A program made the translations under genes and the position numbers. This document shows positions 19,254-26,475 of a DNA stretch of 26,475 nucleotides, in pieces (within the stretch, counting starts at the first letter, position 1; the number at the start of each line of letters is the position of its first letter). This DNA is from an uncultured Eubacteriales bacterium (GTDB taxonomy: Bacteria > Bacillota > GCA-003054495 > Carboxydocellales > JAJZTU01), in the NCBI GenBank assembly GCA_964551785.1, contig CAZKEO010000001.1, positions 1 through 26,475 on the forward strand, read 5' to 3'. Below the pieces are notes generated by a model. That model was not told the origin of the DNA. It did no database searches and saw nothing but the letters and a program-made list of their open reading frames with translations.

Positions 19254-20206
19254 TAGTTCAATCTCCTCTCTTGATACTGGAGTAAGCCCTTCAGTAGTTG
19301 TAGTTCAGGAGCAGAGAGACTATTTTGTCCTGGTGTCAGCAAGTACTGCTTGGAGCCAGTCAGCATAAACTCAAAGGGATTTTTCGCTCCTAGTTCTTTG
19401 ATGGTTGGCTCTCCCTCTATGCCTGCTAACTTCGCTGTATAACGAATCGCATAATTGTAATTACCAAGCTCGTCTACCAGTCCTAACTGTTTGGCTTGAC
19501 GTCCTGTAAAGATTCTGCCATCAGCTAACTTTTTGACTGCCTCGGGATCCATCTTGCGTCCTTTCGCGACCACATCTATAAATTGACCGTAGATATCATC
19601 TACCATCCCTTGCAGGATTAACCGCTCTTCAGCAGTCATTTGTCTATTATAGGTTCCGATATCTTTATGGGGACCACTCTTGATTACTTCTGGTTGAATT
19701 CCCAGTTTGCCAAATAGTCCCTGGAGATTCTGAGTTTCCATAATTACTCCAATACTACCTGTCATGGTAGCTGGATTAGCAATTATTCGATCAGCCTTAG
19801 CTGCTAACCAATAGCCGCCAGAAGCTGCAACATCACCCATTGACACTACTACCTTTTTGCCAGCTTTCTTAAGAGCATCTATTTCGTCACCAATTTCCTG
19901 GGCTGCTGGAGCACTGCCACCTGGGCTGTTTATTCTTAGTAGAACAGCTTTAATTGAAGGGTCTTCACTGGCGTCTTTTAACTGCTCCATCAAATCTTCG
20001 CTAGCAGCTATGGCAGTGTCAGCAAACAGACCAGCACCACCGCGTCCACCAACTATCACACCCTCTACATAAATGACACCGATAGCCTCACCCGATAAGC
20101 CACGTTTCCCTGGAACTACACCACTCTGCGGCTGCCTAATTGCTACTAAGAGCAACGGTATCAGAACAATGGCCAAAACTATAGAAATCACTACGCGCTT
20201 TTTCAT
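19253..20206 (-). CDS. sppA: Signal peptide peptidase SppA (S49, short form)
   Basis: N-terminal TM, RINSPGGS, DVAASGGY (catalytic Ser), TGSIGV, KSGPHKD, GLVDELG. Confidence 0.95.
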   Translation of the reverse strand: MKKRVVISIVLAIVLIPLLLVAIRQPQSGVVPGKRGLSGEAIGVIYVEGVIVGGRGGAGLFADTAIAASEDLMEQLKDASEDPSIKAVLLRINSPGGSAPAAQEIGDEIDALKKAGKKVVVSMGDVAASGGYWLAAKADRIIANPATMTGSIGVIMETQNLQGLFGKLGIQPEVIKSGPHKDIGTYNRQMTAEERLILQGMVDDIYGQFIDVVAKGRKMDPEAVKKLADGRIFTGRQAKQLGLVDELGNYNYAIRYTAKLAGIEGEPTIKELGAKNPFEFMLTGSKQYLLTPGQNSLSAPELQLLKGLLQYQERRLN

Positions 20207-20246
20207 AAACCCACCTCAATTTTTCCAATTAGGAAAAAAACTTTGG

Positions 20247-21872
<1,626 letters not shown>

Positions 21873-21924
21873 TCAATGCCCAGCTATTTCTATTATACTC
21901 GGAATGGACAAATAATACCGTTAT

Positions 21925-21953
21925 AGTTTATCTTTTTGGCGAAAACATGTCAA
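21925..21953 (-). promoter_or_regulatory. Sigma-A promoter for pyrG
   Basis: TTGACA-N17-TAAACT; a second TATAAT at 21892-21897. Confidence 0.65.
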
Positions 21954-21956
21954 GCC

Positions 21957-22238
21957 CTAAGCTTCCCATTCCTCATCATATTGTTTGAGCTGGCGTGGAG
22001 AACTCTTATCTCTAAGAAACCACATTCCGCTACCAATGTGCACAAAGCGATTATCTAGGTTTAATTCAGTATGCACCAAGGCCATCTGATGGCCTAAGTC
22101 ACGTCCATTTACAGGCTTTACGGATAGTACCTGACCAATTAATTCCCGGAAATAAATTGGTTCTCCCTTAACTTTTAGGATTTGATAGGCAATATCACCT
22201 ACTGACATATCCGGATGAAAGTTATCCGTAGCAGTCAT
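21957..22238 (-). CDS. rpoE: RNA polymerase delta subunit homolog, short form
   Basis: SVGDIAYQILK..GEP..F.EL, HTELNLDNRFVHIG..W.L pattern of the delta N-domain; directly upstream of pyrG. Confidence 0.8.
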   Translation of the reverse strand: MTATDNFHPDMSVGDIAYQILKVKGEPIYFRELIGQVLSVKPVNGRDLGHQMALVHTELNLDNRFVHIGSGMWFLRDKSSPRQLKQYDEEWEA

Positions 22239-22325
22239 CCCCACTTCTCCTCTCCAGGCTCAACCCAACCTGTGATTCGCTCATTGGTGTACCGCTCTAG
22301 GTTGTACGTTGGCTCAATTTTGTTT

Positions 22326-22355
22326 TTATTCGGCATGATGCCAAGTTTTCCCTGC
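22326..22355 (-). promoter_or_regulatory. Sigma-H-like promoter (AGGG variant) upstream of rpoE
   Basis: GCAGGGAAA-N12-GCCGAATAA. Confidence 0.45.
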
Positions 22356-22386
22356 TTAGGGAACAACTTTGAACTATTTTGCAAGT

Positions 22387-22417
22387 AAAAAGAGAGGACA
22401 TAAAGTCCTCTCTTTTT
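22387..22417. terminator. Perfect bidirectional-type intrinsic terminator after the cytochrome gene
   Basis: aaaaagagaggac-ataaa-gtcctctcttttt, 13-bp perfect IR. Confidence 0.9.
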
Positions 22418-22426
22418 GAGTCAGTC

Positions 22427-23503
22427 TTACTTTTTCTTTGCCTCTGCAACTGCTTTAGTGGTGACAGGTCCAGCTGGGAACCAGTGACAGGTATTACAAT
22501 AGGTACCTGTGACATTTGCTCCAGGCTGGTTCTTGTCATGGCAAGCAAAGCAGTTCAGTACGCCTTTATTGTTAGCGTAAGATGCGTGTTTACCCATCCA
22601 CTGAGCATCATGATCAGCAGGACGCTTTAGGTGACAACCATAACAATAAGAGTTCGCTCTTGCGAAGTCGGCAATCTGGTCTCCTGTCGAAGGTGTTGCA
22701 AACTTCTGACTTTCCTTATCATAGTGGCACTTGGCGCAGTTGTTGATATCTGCTCTGCCAGGTTTACCATGTGCTACTTTCCACAGCGGATTCTCGTGGG
22801 AAGGTAGAGAGGCTCTATCTGGCCAGTAGTGACAAGCTGCACACTTCGTAGTTACCTTGCGTGCTTCGTGACAATTGATACATACGAACATGTTAGGACG
22901 ACGTTGTACTCCAGGAGCTGCTTTTTGGGCCATTGTAGGATTCCACTGGTCATAGTTCTTGAACTCAGCACGCGTGGTAACTTTGCGTTCTGCAATGTTA
23001 CCATGGGCAATGAACCGGTGACAATCCAAACAAGTTACTTTTGCCTTATCATGCTGATCATGTGGGATAATAATGTCAGGCATCGGTGTGGCTACACGGT
23101 TATTCATGGCATGGCAATCTGTACAAGCCTTATTATCCACTTTGAAATTACGGGTGTTAATAGGCTTGGCAAAGTTGCCACTGTCATGAGCTGCTTTGAA
23201 GTCAGAAACCTTCACGTTGGTATGGCATTTTGTGCACGCAATCCGTGAATGCACGGAAGTCTGCCAGGTAGCTACTTCGGGCCACATTTCATGGCACTCG
23301 GAACACTCATTTCTAGCAATTACGGTATTATCCACCGCTTGGGCTGCAACATTTTCACCAGTAGTCGTAGTTGCTCCTCCTGTAGCTGTAGTTTGAGCAT
23401 TTGGCCCACATCCTACTACTAACAGTGCCATTAATAGCAGCATTACGGGAAAAATAAAAGCAACCTTAAAGAAGCGGGTATTGGCCATTACCTTTTTATT
23501 CAT
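22427..23503 (-). CDS. Decaheme c-type cytochrome lipoprotein (NapC/NirT-like N-terminal half)
   Basis: Ten CxxCH motifs counted (CSECH, CTKCH, CTDCH, CLDCH, CINCH, CAACH, CAKCH, CYGCH, CFACH, CNTCH); signal peptide with LVVG-C lipobox; strong AGGAGG RBS. Confidence 0.93.
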   Translation of the reverse strand: MNKKVMANTRFFKVAFIFPVMLLLMALLVVGCGPNAQTTATGGATTTTGENVAAQAVDNTVIARNECSECHEMWPEVATWQTSVHSRIACTKCHTNVKVSDFKAAHDSGNFAKPINTRNFKVDNKACTDCHAMNNRVATPMPDIIIPHDQHDKAKVTCLDCHRFIAHGNIAERKVTTRAEFKNYDQWNPTMAQKAAPGVQRRPNMFVCINCHEARKVTTKCAACHYWPDRASLPSHENPLWKVAHGKPGRADINNCAKCHYDKESQKFATPSTGDQIADFARANSYCYGCHLKRPADHDAQWMGKHASYANNKGVLNCFACHDKNQPGANVTGTYCNTCHWFPAGPVTTKAVAEAKKK

Positions 23504-23547
23504 TCTTCTTTTTCCCTCCTTTCACTTTTTTAAGAACCTAGTACAAG

Positions 23548-23576
23548 TTATTCGATTCAAATAATTATATTCCTCT
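23548..23576 (-). promoter_or_regulatory. Sigma-H promoter upstream of the decaheme cytochrome
   Basis: AGAGGAATA-N11-ATCGAATAA, full consensus match. Confidence 0.6.
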
Positions 23577-23619
23577 TTTGAAATTGCATTTTTGTTCGAC
23601 GATTTCATCTATTTTTAGA

Positions 23620-23649
23620 CAAAATTCGACACTCGCGGGGAGTGTCGAA
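23620..23649 (-). terminator. argS terminator hairpin containing two inverted TGTCGAA motifs
   Basis: ttcgacactc-gcggg-gagtgtcgaa 10-bp IR, then TTTTGT on the minus strand. Confidence 0.7.
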
Positions 23650-23681
23650 CCTATATCTTGTATCTATTATTTTCCAAGGCC

Positions 23682-25370
23682 CTACATACGCTCTGGGGCT
23701 GACAAACCTAAGAGCGTGAGGGTGTTCCTTAAGGTGATTCTCGCTGCATCAACCAGCACCAAACGAGCACTCCGTACTGGCTCCTCTTCTACCATTACCC
23801 GACAGGCATTATAGAAGCTATGAAAGTTACCAGCCAGCTCGTGGACATAGCGAGCTATCCGGTGTGGTTCGTGATTAATAGCCGCTTGGGATATCTCACT
23901 TGGCAAATCAGCAATTTTACGAATCAGTTCGAGTTCCTCAGTTTTTACTAGCACAGTATAGTCTACCGCCTCTGGCGCTGGTAAATGGAACCCATTTTCA
24001 GCAGCCTGGCGTAAAATACTACAAACACGGGCATGAGCATATTGGACATAATAAACTGGGTTTTCGGCAGATTGCGCTTTAGCTAGGTCTAGATCAAAAT
24101 CTAAATGACTGTCCGCACTACGCATGACAAAGAAGTAGCGGGCGGCATCTCTGCCAACTTCTTCAATGAGGTCATCGAGGGTAACAAACTCTCCAGAGCG
24201 TTTAGACATCCGGACGATTTCTCCACCTTTGTAAAGGCGTACTAATTGCATTAAGATTACATCTAAACTATCTGGGTTATAGCCAACTGCCTTGACAGCA
24301 CTCTTCATTCTGGCTACATGACCATGATGGTCAGCACCCCAAATATTGATTACCTGTTCAAAACCCCGGTCAAACTTATCCTTGTGATAGGCAATGTCTG
24401 CTGCGAAGTAGGTCGGTGTACCATTGCCGCGTACTACTACTTCATCTTTATCATCGCTAGATTCGCCAGTTCGGAACCAAAGGGCTCCTTCCAACTCGTA
24501 GATATAGCCTTTGGTCTTGAGGTCAGCTAGGACAGCTTGTACTGCGCCCGATTCGTGTAAGGTTTTTTCACTATACCAAATATCGTACTCGACTCCGAAT
24601 TTAGCCAAAACCTCCCGAATAGCGGTGATTTTTTCTGTCAAGCCCTGTTTAATGAACTCTTCCCGGCGCGGAGCCGACTCCCAGTCCAGATATGTAGCTC
24701 CCCCACGTTCAATCAGCTGCTTGGCAGTCTCAATAATATCTTGCCCATGGTAACCTTCTTCAGGGAAAGGTACCTGCTGACCCTGCAATTGCAGGTAACG
24801 TGCCTCTAGGGATTTACCGAAGTTTTCAATTTGATTGCCAATGTCATTAATGTAAAACTCTCTGGTAACTTGATGACCGCTGGCTACTAGTAAGCTGGCC
24901 AAGGTATCTCCTAAGGCTGCTCCCCTCGCATTGCCCATGTGCAATAAGCCAGTGGGATTGGCACTAACAAACTCGACCTGGACTTTTTTGCCTTGCCCTA
25001 CCTTGGTGTAGCCATACTGCGGACCTAAGTTAAGCACAACAGGCAACACTTGATAAACCCAAGCTGGCTCCAAGTGGAAATTGATAAAACCCGGACCAGC
25101 TATTTCTACTTTGGAAACCCCAGTCCCCGTTAATTCGAGATTATCCAAGAGGCATTGGGCGATTTGCCTAGGTGGTTGTTTGGCTTGTTTGGTAAGTAGC
25201 ATCGCAAGGTTGGTAGCAAAATCACCGTGATTCTTCTCTTTGGGGGTTTCTAAAACAAAATTGGGAAGCTGGTCAAAAGAAATTTGACCAGCTAGTTTAC
25301 TCTTTTCGGCAGAGGCAGTGATGGCGGCAGTTATTTTGCCCTTCACTTCCTGAACTATATCCTGCATCAA
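23682..25370 (-). CDS. argS: Arginyl-tRNA synthetase
   Basis: HGDFATN, GPGFINF, EFVSANPTGLLHMGNARG (HIGH), MSKRSGE, YYVQYAHAR. Confidence 0.99.
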   Translation of the reverse strand: MMQDIVQEVKGKITAAITASAEKSKLAGQISFDQLPNFVLETPKEKNHGDFATNLAMLLTKQAKQPPRQIAQCLLDNLELTGTGVSKVEIAGPGFINFHLEPAWVYQVLPVVLNLGPQYGYTKVGQGKKVQVEFVSANPTGLLHMGNARGAALGDTLASLLVASGHQVTREFYINDIGNQIENFGKSLEARYLQLQGQQVPFPEEGYHGQDIIETAKQLIERGGATYLDWESAPRREEFIKQGLTEKITAIREVLAKFGVEYDIWYSEKTLHESGAVQAVLADLKTKGYIYELEGALWFRTGESSDDKDEVVVRGNGTPTYFAADIAYHKDKFDRGFEQVINIWGADHHGHVARMKSAVKAVGYNPDSLDVILMQLVRLYKGGEIVRMSKRSGEFVTLDDLIEEVGRDAARYFFVMRSADSHLDFDLDLAKAQSAENPVYYVQYAHARVCSILRQAAENGFHLPAPEAVDYTVLVKTEELELIRKIADLPSEISQAAINHEPHRIARYVHELAGNFHSFYNACRVMVEEEPVRSARLVLVDAARITLRNTLTLLGLSAPERM

Positions 25371-25795
25371 CGCAGACCCTCCTCAATGGTGATGGATAGC
25401 TTATTATCACTTATTTTTTCTGAGCCAATTGTTAACTCATACTCTAGGTTAATACTTCCACCCTGCTCTGTCAAGTCAACTTCCACTTTGGAGGGCATCA
25501 CGGTAAGTTTCATGGCCCCATAGGGAGTTACATAGTTACCATGGTTTAATACTCCCACCTCGAATTCCTGCCGTAATTCTGCTGTCCCCATCCGATTCAA
25601 GATAACCCGATTGGTTTCTGCTTTTAACGATGTGGTGGTACCTTCCATGCCGGTAAGTTCGGTTTCATTGTAGATCAGATAGTAGCAGTCATTCTTGGTG
25701 TAGTAACTCCCTGGGGTAATCATTTCGATCGTATCTTCGTCACCCCAGTCAGCTTTCTGGATCCCTTTTACAGTGACCATTACTTGCTTGCGCAT
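25367..25795 (-). CDS. DUF1934 (YwiB-like) beta-barrel protein
   Basis: YLIYNETELTGMEGTTTSLK, YVTPYG motifs; stop overlaps the argS start as in many Firmicutes. Confidence 0.9.
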   Translation of the reverse strand: MRKQVMVTVKGIQKADWGDEDTIEMITPGSYYTKNDCYYLIYNETELTGMEGTTTSLKAETNRVILNRMGTAELRQEFEVGVLNHGNYVTPYGAMKLTVMPSKVEVDLTEQGGSINLEYELTIGSEKISDNKLSITIEEGLR

Positions 25796-25902
25796 TGGCA
25801 TCCGCCCCTTTCAACAAATTTCCATCAGGACGTTAAACTATGCTGCTTACTACAGTGTATACTTACCAATATAATCTAGTACATGTTATTTAAGCAGATT
25901 TT

Positions 25903-26475
25903 CTAAGCTAAAGCATAGCCGGCGTCAAAGGCGGCTTGATTGGCCTTCAGGAGTTGTGGTGGGATCTTGTCCACGAGGGCTTTCTCCCAAATTTCCCGGG
26001 CAATCCCCATCTTCTTGGCCAGCACTCCCACCAACACGACATTGGAAGATTTGGCATTACCTGCCTCCACTGCTTTACTTAGAGAATCTACTGCGATGAC
26101 CTTTTCCCGCTGGGTCTTGATGTTGTTGATAATGCCTTCGGGATATTGGGCTAGCCCAATAATTACTGGCATTGGCTCTATAATCTGAGTATTGACAATC
26201 ATGATACCATCCTGCTTCAGGTAGGGAAGCCACCGCAGGGCTTCTAACTGTTCAAACGCTAAAATGATATCTGCTTCACCTTGTTGGATTAAGGGGGAAT
26301 AGATATTTTCTCCCATCCGCACCTGGGTCACTACACTTCCACCGCGCTGGGCCATCCCGTGAATCTCGGACATTTTGACATCCTGCACAGTTTCCAAAGC
26401 TACCTGCGATAGTACTTTACTGGCGAGGATGGTACCTTGTCCACCTACACCTACCATTAGAATATTGGTAATTTT
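25903..26475 (-). CDS. iorB: Indolepyruvate:ferredoxin oxidoreductase beta subunit (start lies beyond window)
   Basis: ILMVGVGGQG, SEIHGMAQRGGSV, NVVLVG, ANQAAFDAG; frame is open to the window edge (KITNILM). Confidence 0.92.
   Translation of the reverse strand, partial: KITNILMVGVGGQGTILASKVLSQVALETVQDVKMSEIHGMAQRGGSVVTQVRMGENIYSPLIQQGEADIILAFEQLEALRWLPYLKQDGIMIVNTQIIEPMPVIIGLAQYPEGIINNIKTQREKVIAVDSLSKAVEAGNAKSSNVVLVGVLAKKMGIAREIWEKALVDKIPPQLLKANQAAFDAGYALA

Noticed and set aside
23541-23549. GTACAAGTT half-site matching the fba palindrome, next to the cytochrome promoter
   Set aside because: A single 9-mer without a partner half-site is plausible by chance in 26 kb
23635-23655. tRNA T-arm-like GGTTCGAC on the minus strand (tRNA remnant or attachment site)
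   Set aside because: No other tRNA arms or CCA; explained by the argS terminator stem; no integrase or direct repeat flanks the cytochrome gene
25371-25902. T-box riboswitch for argS
   Set aside because: argS overlaps the DUF1934 stop and the 100-nt gap upstream has no T-box sequence or terminator

Overview
Conserved housekeeping region of a spore-forming Clostridia-type firmicute; the Peptococcaceae/Thermincola/Heliobacteria-like assignment is inference from gene order and content. All credible genes are on the minus strand. In transcription order: iorB (5'-truncated), DUF1934, argS, a stand-alone decaheme c-type cytochrome lipoprotein, short rpoE (delta), pyrG, sppA, Yip1-family protein, spo0F-like regulator, Cys-rich hypothetical, fba, tal, glpX, two DUF2062 genes, rho, a radical SAM gene broken by one in-frame TAA, rpmE, DUF1385, prfA, prmC, sua5, ywlE, rpiB, glyA, dCMP deaminase, MazG-like protein, wecB, atpZ, atpI, atpB, atpE and the start of atpF. 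The main accessory element is the monocistronic 10-heme lipoprotein between argS and rpoE, with a NapC/NirT-like N-half and a repeat-built C-half. A sigma-H-type promoter motif recurs in seven intergenic gaps, including in front of the cytochrome. I found no mobile elements, CRISPR arrays or RNA genes, and no clearly novel multi-gene system. All assignments come from reading motifs by eye; no database search was run.
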